This document shows positions 18,352-27,986 of a stretch of DNA of 64,000 nucleotides, in pieces; within the stretch, counting starts at the first letter, position 1; every line of letters starts with the position of its first letter. The notes beneath the pieces were generated by a model, which saw nothing but the letters and a program-made list of their open reading frames with translations, was not told the DNA's origin and did no database searches. Position numbers and translations under genes: made by a program. Source of the stretch: a virus; IMG/VR virus record IMGVR_UViG_3300020470_001313, positions 32,001 to 96,000 of that record; one strand, written 5' to 3'.

Positions 18352-19806
18352 CTACCCTAACTTTACATCTATGATTTCATAATCAAATTTTTCATCTTTG
18401 TAAACTTTGACTCTTTCAAACAAATGGTTTAAAGTATAATTGTGAAATTGGTTTCGGGAGATGTTATCTGCAATATCATATAATACTGCTTGTGATTTGT
18501 TATCACCCTTTCTTAATACTCTACCAATTGATTGTAAGTTCCTCACTCTTGATTTACTAGGACTAGCAAAAATTACATTATGAAGGTTTTTTATATTGAT
18601 GCCTGTAGAAAAAGTTCCGTAGGATGCAACAATAATATTATCGTTGGTCTCCTCTGCTAGAGCTCTTATCTTCTCACGATCATCAACATCAACACCACCA
18701 TGAACTAAATGTACTGGTTGTGTTACATTACTATTTAGCAGATCATATAAAGGGAGTCCGTGACGCTCTACATAGTTAAAGAGAACTAACGTATTTCCGC
18801 GCAGATCTTTTGTTAATCTCATAATGAATTTGTTTCTCCGTTCATGAGAAACTAAGTATTCCATTTCTTCTTGATAAGTTTCAAATGGTATATAATCATG
18901 CTTCAATACTAGGATCTTGACCTTAAGACTAGCAACTTGACCTCTATCCATGAGAGTCTTAGTTCTAGTTACTTGAGAACATCTACCGAATAAACCTTCT
19001 AATACTAGTTGATTACATTCTGATCCATCAAGTGTGCCTGTAAAACCAATTCTATACTTGCACTTATGAAGCTTAGTCATTAACGTAGTAAGAGATTTGG
19101 CTTTGAAAAGGTGCGCTTCGTCACCTACGATAACATCAAATTGTTCAAACCATTTACGAGGTTGTTTATAAATTGACTGCCAAGTTGAAATAGTTACATA
19201 ATGATTAGTGTTCTTTGATTCACCTGCATAAATTTTGTAGCAGAATACATCTACTTTCCATCCATAATCAGCAAAGTCTTTATACATTTGCTCTACAAGG
19301 GATGTAGTAGGAACTACAATCAAAACTCTTCTATTAACATTAACATGAAAACGTACCAATGAATAAATCATCAAGGATTTCCCGCTGGCAGTTGGGGACA
19401 ATAGGAGTCGTCTGTTGTATCGTAGGGATTCGTATATTGCTCGGTATTGGTAATCGCGTACCTGTACAGGAAGACGTAAAGACTTTACAAACCCAGCCAC
19501 CGACTGAGGAGTTACAAACTGATTTTCCTCCAAAGGGAGGCCAAAGTGCTCGTTAGGTTCAAACTTATATTCATACCCTCTCTCCTGACACCAATCCTGT
19601 AGGTATTTTAATAACCCTACGTAAATATCTCCAGTGCCAGGAGAATACAATCTTATTTTACCATCCCATCTCCTATATCTTTTCGTCCTCTGTAAAAACT
19701 TTGCAGATGGTACTTCAAAAGTAAAGTAATCTGAGAGTTCATGGTGAACATGCTGCTCCGCATCTACTGTAAGATAGACTTCGTTCTTCTTTTTGATTGT
19801 GATCAC
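18352..19806 (-). CDS. uvsW: RNA-DNA/DNA-DNA helicase
   Basis: SPTASGKS, DEAH, TGT, QSIGRVLR; probable GTG start 19806. Confidence 0.96.
   Translation of the reverse strand: MITIKKKNEVYLTVDAEQHVHHELSDYFTFEVPSAKFLQRTKRYRRWDGKIRLYSPGTGDIYVGLLKYLQDWCQERGYEYKFEPNEHFGLPLEENQFVTPQSVAGFVKSLRLPVQVRDYQYRAIYESLRYNRRLLLSPTASGKSLMIYSLVRFHVNVNRRVLIVVPTTSLVEQMYKDFADYGWKVDVFCYKIYAGESKNTNHYVTISTWQSIYKQPRKWFEQFDVIVGDEAHLFKAKSLTTLMTKLHKCKYRIGFTGTLDGSECNQLVLEGLFGRCSQVTRTKTLMDRGQVASLKVKILVLKHDYIPFETYQEEMEYLVSHERRNKFIMRLTKDLRGNTLVLFNYVERHGLPLYDLLNSNVTQPVHLVHGGVDVDDREKIRALAEETNDNIIVASYGTFSTGINIKNLHNVIFASPSKSRVRNLQSIGRVLRKGDNKSQAVLYDIADNISRNQFHNYTLNHLFERVKVYKDEKFDYEIIDVKLG
19359..19556 (+). CDS. Candidate antisense single-TM protein inside uvsW
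   Basis: Basic N-terminus, TM-like segment, Pro/Gln/Thr tail; local uvsW codon anomaly. Confidence 0.45.
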   Translation: MNKSSRISRWQLGTIGVVCCIVGIRILLGIGNRVPVQEDVKTLQTQPPTEELQTDFPPKGGQSAR

Positions 19807-19808
19807 AG

Positions 19809-20237
19809 TTACATACCAGCTTGGAATTTTTCCCAATCAATAGCACTCTTGATGTGGAAGCCTCGGTTCTGAATCATACGGATAATTGAATCCAAATAAT
19901 TCATACATGTTTCTATGTATGCAAGTTTGGATCTGGTCTTAATAACCTCTGTGTCTGCGTTTATAAACGTTTCTACTTCATCTCTATTAGTTAATTTCAA
20001 ATCAAAAGGCACCTCACGGTATGCTACCGCAGGTGCTTTGCCTTTATAATATTTCCATTTATCACGAATTAAGGTATTTAATTTACCTTCTGTTTCAATC
20101 TTCATACCAGAGAATACATTAATATACTCATAGTATTTCGCATGAAGACTAGCGATCTTAACAGATTCTTCAGAGTATAAGTCAGGTTGAATCTGACTAT
20201 CTACTCTCCACTGTTCTTGGATAGTCTCCAGATTCAT
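19809..20237 (-). CDS. uvsY: Recombination mediator
   Basis: LHAKY, KWKYYKGKA, NRGFHIKSAIDWEKF. Confidence 0.93.
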   Translation of the reverse strand: MNLETIQEQWRVDSQIQPDLYSEESVKIASLHAKYYEYINVFSGMKIETEGKLNTLIRDKWKYYKGKAPAVAYREVPFDLKLTNRDEVETFINADTEVIKTRSKLAYIETCMNYLDSIIRMIQNRGFHIKSAIDWEKFQAGM

Positions 20238-20476
20238 TAGATACCTTGGTCTTTAGTTTTTTCTAAAAATTCTTTTAAACTTGATTGACAGTTTGGTGGT
20301 TCAGGATCTTTATAGCCTTTTATATCCTTCCACTTATTATATAATGCTCCCATCATCCATGACTGAGACAGACTTTTAGGTCCATTCTCTAGTAAATCTA
20401 ACTCATACTTACTAGAAGTATAAGCTTTATATTCTTCTCTCCAATTGGAGTTGTCAAAAGGTTCCTTAGTCATCAT
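20237..20476 (-). CDS. Conserved hypothetical protein
   Basis: WREEYKAY, GPKSLSQSW; GGAGG RBS. Confidence 0.85.
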   Translation of the reverse strand: MMTKEPFDNSNWREEYKAYTSSKYELDLLENGPKSLSQSWMMGALYNKWKDIKGYKDPEPPNCQSSLKEFLEKTKDQGI

Positions 20477-20494
20477 AGACCTCCCTAGGGTAAG

Positions 20495-20523
20495 AGTCTA
20501 TCACGAAGTAGGTCGGTTGTCAA
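20495..20523 (-). promoter_or_regulatory. sigma70 promoter for the uvsY/uvsW operon
   Basis: TTGACA-N17-TAGACT with TG extension; the -35 overlaps the gp3 stop codon. Confidence 0.8.
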
Positions 20524-21086
20524 GTAGTTCGTCTTGTACCAGAGTTCTTTCCTCTAACCTCATAGAGAGTATAGTTGAATGTTGCCTGTGCTTGGAAGAA
20601 CTGCGTGTCGGTTTGCGTTACGTCAAATGATAGGGTGGATAAGTTTGTTGGAAATAGATCTTCAAAAACTACTTCAAACGAAACGTTGTTTTGATTATTT
20701 AGTACCTGAAGTGTAGCGTCACTTACAAGTGATTTATAGTTTGCAGCATCAGGTGTAGTTCTCTTATCAACAATCCAAACACCTCTCTCATTTAAATCTT
20801 GTGGAGTACCTAATGCTCTCATCCAGTTATGAATCTGCATATAATTTTCTAAATTCTCATCCACCAAAAACGATACACTAAATTCTCCATAGCGTATGTT
20901 ACCATCAATAGGATATGATACTAAACCTCTAGTGGGTATAGCAATATCTCCGACAGTTATATCAGGAATACTTGCTTGCTGAACTAAGAACGCAACCTTT
21001 GGTGCTTTCTCTAATATGAACTTAAACCCTATAGGTGCAAGAAAGTTCTTGTTCTTTAATTCATTTTCGTACCACGTAGCAGCCAT
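20520..21086 (-). CDS. gp3: Tail tube terminator / head-proximal tip
   Basis: NFLAPIGFKF, FLVDENLENY.QIHNWM, SDATL, DLFPTNLSTL.F. Confidence 0.9.
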   Translation of the reverse strand: MAATWYENELKNKNFLAPIGFKFILEKAPKVAFLVQQASIPDITVGDIAIPTRGLVSYPIDGNIRYGEFSVSFLVDENLENYMQIHNWMRALGTPQDLNERGVWIVDKRTTPDAANYKSLVSDATLQVLNNQNNVSFEVVFEDLFPTNLSTLSFDVTQTDTQFFQAQATFNYTLYEVRGKNSGTRRTT

Positions 21087-21107
21087 ATCAACAACCTAGC
21101 ATCATTA

Positions 21108-22652
21108 TTATTTAGTATAGATGGTGTCTCCGACACACAATACATCTAGATCAGTATCATGTAATAACTGTAGTGCATCACTTATTCTACCAGCAATAGG
21201 TTTACCACCATTATTGAGAGAAGTATTAAGTACCATCGGTAATCCAGTCAGTTCTTCAAAGACCGATATAAGATCGTAATAATCCTCTTTATCCTCACCT
21301 ACTGTCTGTGGTCTACATGTACCATCCGCATGTGTAATAGATTTAAAAGTTTCTGGATCTCTTACATCCATACAATATAACATATAGTCTGACTTCCCTT
21401 CCCATACAAAGTAATCACTTACTTTATCTTCAATTATACTTGCACCAAATGGTCTAAACCACTCACGGTGTTTTACTCTTTTATTTAAAAACTCTTTTCC
21501 ATCTTCTAAATCAGGACGCATCAATATAGATCTGTTACCTAATGCTCTGGGACCTAGTTCACCATGTCCTTGATACCATCCAACAATTCTACCATCAGCA
21601 ATATACTCTGCAACCTCTGTAATAGTTTTAGCTGATGGTCTCTCAGCAGGTGCTTCATCATCTTGCCAGAATGGGAATCCACTTCTATCAAATTCAGGTT
21701 GCTTCCAATATCTTCTTAACCATTCAACTATACCAAGTGTTAGACCTTCATCAGCACAGTGTGGTATAATATTTAAGTTTGGTCTTACCTTTTTAATCTT
21801 AGAATTTACAATAGTATTAAGAGCAACCCCACCACTGTAGAGTATAGTATCATTAGGTCTACTACTCTTTACGAAATGATTTACAAGAATATCTTCTGTA
21901 ACACTATGGCAGAATTGAATTTGATCTAGTACTTTATGATCTTCTCCCTCACCTTGATATACTAAACGTTCAATATATTCTAGGTTCCATAGATCCCTTA
22001 TACCTTCAATACCAATATCATAGGTATGACATTCTAGTTTAGTTTTTTCTAAGCACTCAGGTGTCAATCTACCATAGGCTTTTAATGCCATGACTTTACC
22101 TGCCATGTCATGTGGACTACCTTGTAACTTTAATATATGACCACCAAGATCTCCTAACACTCCACCAAAACTAGGTGCATGATCAGTAGTATATCTTTGA
22201 AATCTTTCATCACCATGATATGCAGTGAAGGTTATCTTATCATCACCGAATCCATCATATACAAAATTAACATCTGATTTAATACCAAGTGGCCATGCAC
22301 TTAGCATATGAGCATAGTGATGATCTATTCTATAGATGGGACAGTCATACCCAATATCTCTGAAGACTGGTATTTCAATTTCTTCAACTAACTTCTTCTC
22401 ATCTGTCTGTATCCTTGGGTACATATGACAGTCTAATACTATACCAATAGCATCAACTTCTCTAGGATCAAAAGGTTCTCCAGTTCTACAATATGAATAA
22501 CGCTCTAAGGAATGTGCCCACGAGGTTAGATCCCGTGGTGCATAATGCTTTTGTTGAAAGTCTCTTTCGTGTTTATAATACCAGACACTAGAATCTCTTG
22601 TGTAGGTTATACTACTGTCATGGTCACACAATCTTAATCCTAAGAAGTTCAT
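21108..22652 (-). CDS. NodU/CmcH-family O-carbamoyltransferase
   Basis: DHHYAH, GKVMAL, SGGVALN, GELGPRALGNRSIL, KHREWFRPF, HADGTCRPQTV, LNTSLN. Confidence 0.93.
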   Translation of the reverse strand: MNFLGLRLCDHDSSITYTRDSSVWYYKHERDFQQKHYAPRDLTSWAHSLERYSYCRTGEPFDPREVDAIGIVLDCHMYPRIQTDEKKLVEEIEIPVFRDIGYDCPIYRIDHHYAHMLSAWPLGIKSDVNFVYDGFGDDKITFTAYHGDERFQRYTTDHAPSFGGVLGDLGGHILKLQGSPHDMAGKVMALKAYGRLTPECLEKTKLECHTYDIGIEGIRDLWNLEYIERLVYQGEGEDHKVLDQIQFCHSVTEDILVNHFVKSSRPNDTILYSGGVALNTIVNSKIKKVRPNLNIIPHCADEGLTLGIVEWLRRYWKQPEFDRSGFPFWQDDEAPAERPSAKTITEVAEYIADGRIVGWYQGHGELGPRALGNRSILMRPDLEDGKEFLNKRVKHREWFRPFGASIIEDKVSDYFVWEGKSDYMLYCMDVRDPETFKSITHADGTCRPQTVGEDKEDYYDLISVFEELTGLPMVLNTSLNNGGKPIAGRISDALQLLHDTDLDVLCVGDTIYTK

Positions 22653-22678
22653 AATAATCCTCGTGATTTATTTAGGCA

Positions 22679-22711
22679 CAAAAAAAAGACCCCCGAAGGA
22701 GTCTCTTTTTT
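22679..22711 (-). terminator. Rho-independent terminator after gp23
   Basis: AGACTCC-TTCG-GGGGTCT followed by a T run (C-UUCG-G tetraloop). Confidence 0.9.
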
Positions 22712-22727
22712 AAACTTATGTGATGGA

Positions 22728-24113
22728 TCACATGAGGTTTGTAACTTGTACACGTCTGTAGTACTTGTTGGTATTTGCAGTAAGTGCGCCAGATCCTTGT
22801 GTAAGACCTTGTGAGAATGGGTTTGAAACCATGCCGTAACGAGTCTTGAATCCAATTTTTGGTTGGAAGGTATCAGGATTGATCGCTCTGACTTGCTGTA
22901 GAGGAACGTAAGGACAATAGAATAGTCCAGCGTCATAAGGAGAAGTACCTTTGTATCCAGCAACGTAGAAGTGCTTGTCAGCAACGTTAGCAGAATATGG
23001 GTCAACGTAAACCTTAATGCGTCCGTTTAGAGTACCAACGAATGTTGAAGAAGTATCATCAACAGATGTTAGTTGGTTGTTACCATTAAGAGCAGGAGCA
23101 TAGTCAAGAACACCAGCCATTCCGAGGGCACTTGCTACATCAGCAGATGTAATCAAAATGTTGCCCTTCCCGCGACGAGTCTCTTGTCCGATAGCGTTTG
23201 CATCTCTTTCAATCTGGAATAGAAGTCCCTTGAATTTTTCAACTGACCATCTACCATTTGAGTCAACGTCTAGGTCAAAGATTCCGTCTGTAGCGGTATC
23301 ATTGATAGCACCTTTAACAGCGTTAACATAGATTGTACGAACAACTTCACGGTTGATCTCAGCAAGAATTTCAGTAGATAGAATGTTGCTTAATTCCTGC
23401 TCGGCATCCAATCCGTGAATAGCCTTGAGGTCTTGAGCAAGTTCTAAACTGTACTCTGCCTTTAAAGCACGAGACTTAGCAGTCACCGTTACTTTCTCAA
23501 TGGCGAAGCCCATTTCGCGGAACTCAGTTCCAGACTCACCTAGAGATTCAGCAGTTGCTGTTGCCATACCTTGAGCGTCACCTGTCAACTCGTAAGTTCC
23601 TGGTGAACCGTCGTTAAGAACGGCAGGGTTAGTACCCTCAGCGTCGTTGTTAGCAGAGCTTGAAGCGCCTGGGTCGTATGTACCTGAACCACCAGATTGA
23701 CCTGCGTTTGGCTCGTTGAAGAATGCTTCTCTGAATGCTGCATTCTGTGGGTCGCGTTGAGTACCGTAGTTAGTTCTCATTGCGAAGATTAGTCCAGTAG
23801 GACCTGTCATTGGCTGAACGCCAGCAATGTCATAAGCAATAAGCTTAGGCATTGAACGACGAATCAAGCTAATGAGTACAGGGTCAAAACCAGCAACTGG
23901 ACCAGTTGCGGTTGCATCAGCACCGAAACCGCCTGTTCCAGCAGCGTTCGTTGGTGCCTCCATCAACATCTGCGACTCTTCACGAGCAGCAAATTCTTGG
24001 TTCTCAAGAAGTTGTGCGACAACTCCACGCTTGTGAGAGTCTTCAATCTTTGGAAGACTTTCGTGCTCAAGTACGGGTGCCCACTTCTCTTGTAGTTGTT
24101 TTAGATCAGCCAT
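22728..24113 (-). CDS. gp23: Major capsid protein
   Basis: GVQPMTGPTGLIFAMR, KSRALKAEYS, FYCPYVPLQ, GFKTRYG. Confidence 0.99.
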   Translation of the reverse strand: MADLKQLQEKWAPVLEHESLPKIEDSHKRGVVAQLLENQEFAAREESQMLMEAPTNAAGTGGFGADATATGPVAGFDPVLISLIRRSMPKLIAYDIAGVQPMTGPTGLIFAMRTNYGTQRDPQNAAFREAFFNEPNAGQSGGSGTYDPGASSSANNDAEGTNPAVLNDGSPGTYELTGDAQGMATATAESLGESGTEFREMGFAIEKVTVTAKSRALKAEYSLELAQDLKAIHGLDAEQELSNILSTEILAEINREVVRTIYVNAVKGAINDTATDGIFDLDVDSNGRWSVEKFKGLLFQIERDANAIGQETRRGKGNILITSADVASALGMAGVLDYAPALNGNNQLTSVDDTSSTFVGTLNGRIKVYVDPYSANVADKHFYVAGYKGTSPYDAGLFYCPYVPLQQVRAINPDTFQPKIGFKTRYGMVSNPFSQGLTQGSGALTANTNKYYRRVQVTNLM

Positions 24114-24163
24114 TTTAATTCCTTAAAATTGTTTTTAGAAAAGTAGTGTTTACAAAATCATGC

Positions 24164-25246
24164 TTAATTAGTCCAACGGCTCAGGGCATCAACATAAGCT
24201 CCCATCACGCCTTCTGGTTTGGACTCTTCTACTAGGGGTGCTACATCTTCAACAGGATCAGCAGAAGATTTCACTGCCACTTCCTTGTTTGTGAAGTAAG
24301 ATTCCTTAATAGTTGTGATCTTCTTACGAAAATCATCCTCACTCTCAAACTCAACACCCTCAGAAAGTTCGCTTAGCTTCTCTTTCTGTGTCTCGGAGAG
24401 ACCTAGAGCACACTCGTTCACAATTTCCATTTTAGTAAATTGACCAACCTTCTTATTCAAAGAAATGTTAGCCTCAATTTGCTCGTTGAGTTTTCCTTCC
24501 ATTTCATCTAATTGCTCAACCATTCCGTCTAGGAGATTGAACTTCTCTTCGGGTACACCAACATGGTGTTCCACGAATAGATTCTTGAGACCTGTCATGA
24601 ATGACTCTGCTATCTCGTTTTTAACACCATGCTCAATAGCAAGGGCGTTTTCTTCTGCCCACTGCTTTGCAGCATACGAGATATAGTCGTCAACCTTCTC
24701 GGCCAATTCTGTTTTGATTGCTTCCACTTGTTCGGTAAGTGCAGCTTCAAATGCTTCTGTTAGAGATGCTTTCTCTTTAGTAACGCGAGAATTAACGGCA
24801 GCTTCAAAAATAGTAACTGCTTTGTCTCTAAACTCTTCGCTTAGTTCTTCACCAGCGACAAGAGCGTTAACATCTTCAGTAAAGTCGTACTCGGCTTCAG
24901 GGGTTTCTTCTTGGATCGTTTCGCCATCTTCCTCCTTAGAGTCAAAGATTTTTCCTGAGAGTCCAGCACTTACGTTACCAGATCCTGCATCAGATCCCTT
25001 CGTTTTAATTGAAGAGTCTTTCGTTGCACCTACAGGTGCGGCTGCCTTTGCTCCGAGGTTTTCTGTACCTTCGGGGTTAGACTTGTTATCTGATCCACCG
25101 ATGTCGGAATGTTTCGCACCAGAGGTATCAATTTTTTCACCAGAGGTTGCCCCCTTCTTTATAGCGGCAACACCAGTCGCTGCGTCTTCGTTGACAGCAG
25201 TGTCTGACATTGAAGCCTCAAATTCTGTGTCGCGGGTTTCGGACAT
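24164..25246 (-). CDS. gp22: Prohead scaffold protein
   Basis: ELSEEFRDKAVTIFEAAV, acidic coiled coil; AGGAG RBS before ATG 25246. Confidence 0.93.
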   Translation of the reverse strand: MSETRDTEFEASMSDTAVNEDAATGVAAIKKGATSGEKIDTSGAKHSDIGGSDNKSNPEGTENLGAKAAAPVGATKDSSIKTKGSDAGSGNVSAGLSGKIFDSKEEDGETIQEETPEAEYDFTEDVNALVAGEELSEEFRDKAVTIFEAAVNSRVTKEKASLTEAFEAALTEQVEAIKTELAEKVDDYISYAAKQWAEENALAIEHGVKNEIAESFMTGLKNLFVEHHVGVPEEKFNLLDGMVEQLDEMEGKLNEQIEANISLNKKVGQFTKMEIVNECALGLSETQKEKLSELSEGVEFESEDDFRKKITTIKESYFTNKEVAVKSSADPVEDVAPLVEESKPEGVMGAYVDALSRWTN

Positions 25247-25285
25247 TTGTGGTTCTCCTGAGTTCAGCATTTGCTTTTCTAAGAT

Positions 25286-25293
25286 TATTTATA
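25286..25293 (-). promoter_or_regulatory. T4-type late promoter
   Basis: TATAAATA upstream of gp22. Confidence 0.85.
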
Positions 25294-25295
25294 CT

Positions 25296-25943
25296 TTATA
25301 ATGTTTGTAAAAAGGATTTGAACGCGGAAATTTTGCGTTCTTGGATGTTTACGAGAGTAGCTTGATCAAGTTCTTTCTTAATTTCAGCTATCTTGGACTC
25401 TTTAATGACTCCGTTATCCCACACCCACTCTTTACCTTCCATGATTCCATCCACAAATGCGTCTGGAGCTGATGGATCTGCTACAATATCAGCAGCGGTT
25501 GCCAACATGAAGTCATCTTGTATGATGTTCATGTTATTTTCTCTACGGATGGATCCCATACCGCGAGATGATACACCTAGTTTCACTCCTTCATCAAGTA
25601 GATTTTTAGCGATAGATCCCATTGGTGTATCCATGATCTTCGCTCTACCAATGAAGTTGTCTCCTTCTTGCTTAAGAGAATTGATCTTGTGTGACACACG
25701 ATCTAAGTTGATGGAAGGACCATCAGGGTGACCGAGTTCTCCAAGAGCTCTTCCTTTAGTAATAAAAGACTCCTCATATTTAGCAACTTCCCTACCAAGG
25801 GTTTCAATAGGATAAAATCTCCCGTTGCGATTCTTGATGTTACCTTGCAAGAAGACACCCTCAATGTAGTGTGCTTTCTTACCGTTTTTTTCTTCGGTAA
25901 TAAATTCTACCTGATTGATTTCTTCAGCTATTAGCTTCATCAT
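25296..25943 (-). CDS. gp21: Prohead protease
   Basis: ALGELGHP, GVSSRGMGS, DIVADPSAPDA. Confidence 0.97.
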   Translation of the reverse strand: MMKLIAEEINQVEFITEEKNGKKAHYIEGVFLQGNIKNRNGRFYPIETLGREVAKYEESFITKGRALGELGHPDGPSINLDRVSHKINSLKQEGDNFIGRAKIMDTPMGSIAKNLLDEGVKLGVSSRGMGSIRRENNMNIIQDDFMLATAADIVADPSAPDAFVDGIMEGKEWVWDNGVIKESKIAEIKKELDQATLVNIQERKISAFKSFLQTL

Positions 25944-26289
25944 TCGTCTCCTCTTCTGGGGTAGTTTCTGTTTCAACAGATGCTTCTGGTTCTACACTTG
26001 AAGGTGTTCCAGGAGCTTCATCCTCTGGTGGTTCATGGGGTTGACGTTCGCCAGGATCATAATCCTTTGCTTGGTTAGTCCCATCTGGCAGAGTAGCACT
26101 AAGTTCATCAGCAGCAGCTTGTCCAGTTTGTGATTGGTCGTAACCCCACTTCTGTGCCCAGTCTGCTTTAGTTGCTTGAACTAAATCATAAGATGCTGCG
26201 GATAAACCTGTCTTAGTTTGATCTAAGGCAGCTACTTTATCATCAGCGAAAATCTTATTCACGATGTCAGTTGCTATTTCTGATGCCAT
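25924..26289 (-). CDS. Prohead core protein (gp67/68 position)
   Basis: Acidic ORF between gp20 and gp21, preceded by CTAAATA. Confidence 0.7.
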   Translation of the reverse strand: MASEIATDIVNKIFADDKVAALDQTKTGLSAASYDLVQATKADWAQKWGYDQSQTGQAAADELSATLPDGTNQAKDYDPGERQPHEPPEDEAPGTPSSVEPEASVETETTPEEETNDEANS

Positions 26290-26314
26290 AATATGTATCT
26301 ATGTATAGTACTAT

Positions 26315-27937
26315 TTAGAAAGTTCCGCGCTTCGCATCCTCAGCACTAAGATCTTTATCGTTAAATAACGGTTTTTGTTCTTGTGCAGGTGCTCCTCCAG
26401 CAGCGGGATCCATCCCTCCACCAGCAGCGGCCATCATTGCTTCTTCAGCAGGATCTACGATCTTACCTTCTGCCATTTCACTCTCAATCTGTTTATCTAT
26501 TTCTTTTATTTCTACGTCAGTCTGCTTAAGAACCTGACGACGTACGTAATCTATTGAGAAGTATTTGCCTACGAATGGATCAATTACATTAACTAGATTC
26601 ATTCTTTCATTGCGGATTTCAGTCTCCTTCAGTTCGTTGAAGTAACTGTCAGCAATGTAATCAATCTGGATGTTCTCCTTCATATCATCCCATTCTTCAA
26701 TGGAGATAATACCTTTAAGAATCAACTGAGTCTTCAGAAGATCAAGGAATAGTTCACCAAATCTCTTACGTAGACGTGCAATGAATTTTTGGAATTTAAC
26801 TTCGTCTCGTGTTATCTCTGCTGCGCGACCAATGTTAAATGTAGTTTCTGTCTCTAGTCTGGAGGTTGGGACGTTGAGTGCTTTGTAGAGTTTCTTTTGG
26901 AAGTACTTGACATCCTCAAGTTCGCCAAGATTTTGACCACCAGGGAGAGTAGTAATCTCCGTTCCTCTACCACCTTCACGGCGAGGTAACCAAAAATCTT
27001 CAAGCATTGACATAAACTTCTTATCGTCTCGTATCTCACCTGTAGCCGCGTCATACACCAGCTTATTGCGATATCTACCCATAACCTCACGGAGATATTG
27101 CTCTGCTTTTTGCTTAGGTAAGTTACCCACATCAATGTAGAAAATTCTACGCTCTGGGGCACGAGATAAACGATAGATGACAAGGGAATCCTCAATCATG
27201 CGGAGTTGGTTTACCGCTTTGATTGCCTTATGTAGGTGAGACAGTACCATGTTCTTATTAAGATCCATGATACCTGAGTGAACATAAGTAACAGAATCAG
27301 GAGAAATCTTCAGTCCTTGATTACCTGTTTGCTTAAGTCCTTTAGGATTGTATAGGAAATAGTCTACTTGTTTCTGAGTTAGAGCATCATTTAATTCTAC
27401 TGGTCCACCAGAACGTACTTTCTGACTACCATCTATCTCAGTAACCTTTCTAATCTTGCGAGGGTCAATATATCTAATGTCAACCAGACCCTTCTTTGGT
27501 TGCTTAGGATCAATTACCTTATGATAAAAAAGTCTTCCGTCCACATACCAGCGGCGAAAGATCTCGTAACTTCTATTGTCAAAATCTAAAAGTCTTAGAA
27601 TCGTATCAAACTCTTCTCTAATTAACTTCTTGATTTTTTCTGATTGCTTTAAATTTGATAGTTCAACTGCTACTGGTACTGCATCAAAGTTCCCACATAT
27701 TGTTTCATTAACCACATCATCTACAGCAGAGTCACACTCTGGTTGTAGAATCATATCACGATAACGTCCAATTAACTCATATTCATTACGAACAGTCCCA
27801 TCTATATCTACAGTATATCCAAAGTGAGACCCACCTACGACGGGATAAGATCCATCTAGGTTGTCTTTCTGCACGAAAGAAGGCCCCTTTGGAGCCTTCT
27901 TCGCTCTTTCTATGGAAAAACCGAATAGTTGTGACAT
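26315..27937 (-). CDS. gp20: Portal protein
   Basis: WYVDGR, YRLSRAPERRIFYIDVGNLP, EDFWLPRREGGRGTEI. Confidence 0.99.
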   Translation of the reverse strand: MSQLFGFSIERAKKAPKGPSFVQKDNLDGSYPVVGGSHFGYTVDIDGTVRNEYELIGRYRDMILQPECDSAVDDVVNETICGNFDAVPVAVELSNLKQSEKIKKLIREEFDTILRLLDFDNRSYEIFRRWYVDGRLFYHKVIDPKQPKKGLVDIRYIDPRKIRKVTEIDGSQKVRSGGPVELNDALTQKQVDYFLYNPKGLKQTGNQGLKISPDSVTYVHSGIMDLNKNMVLSHLHKAIKAVNQLRMIEDSLVIYRLSRAPERRIFYIDVGNLPKQKAEQYLREVMGRYRNKLVYDAATGEIRDDKKFMSMLEDFWLPRREGGRGTEITTLPGGQNLGELEDVKYFQKKLYKALNVPTSRLETETTFNIGRAAEITRDEVKFQKFIARLRKRFGELFLDLLKTQLILKGIISIEEWDDMKENIQIDYIADSYFNELKETEIRNERMNLVNVIDPFVGKYFSIDYVRRQVLKQTDVEIKEIDKQIESEMAEGKIVDPAEEAMMAAAGGGMDPAAGGAPAQEQKPLFNDKDLSAEDAKRGTF

Positions 27938-27986
27938 CACTTATGCTCTATTATGTAAGTATTTAGGTACTTACGCAGACCCTATT

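Noticed and set aside
22649-23005. 118-aa ORF overlapping the gp23 3' end
   Set aside because: Shadow of a highly biased gene; runs through the terminator
26854-27195. 113-aa +1-frame ORF in gp20
   Set aside because: Explainable by the C3 bias of a highly expressed structural gene; no RBS or recognisable pattern
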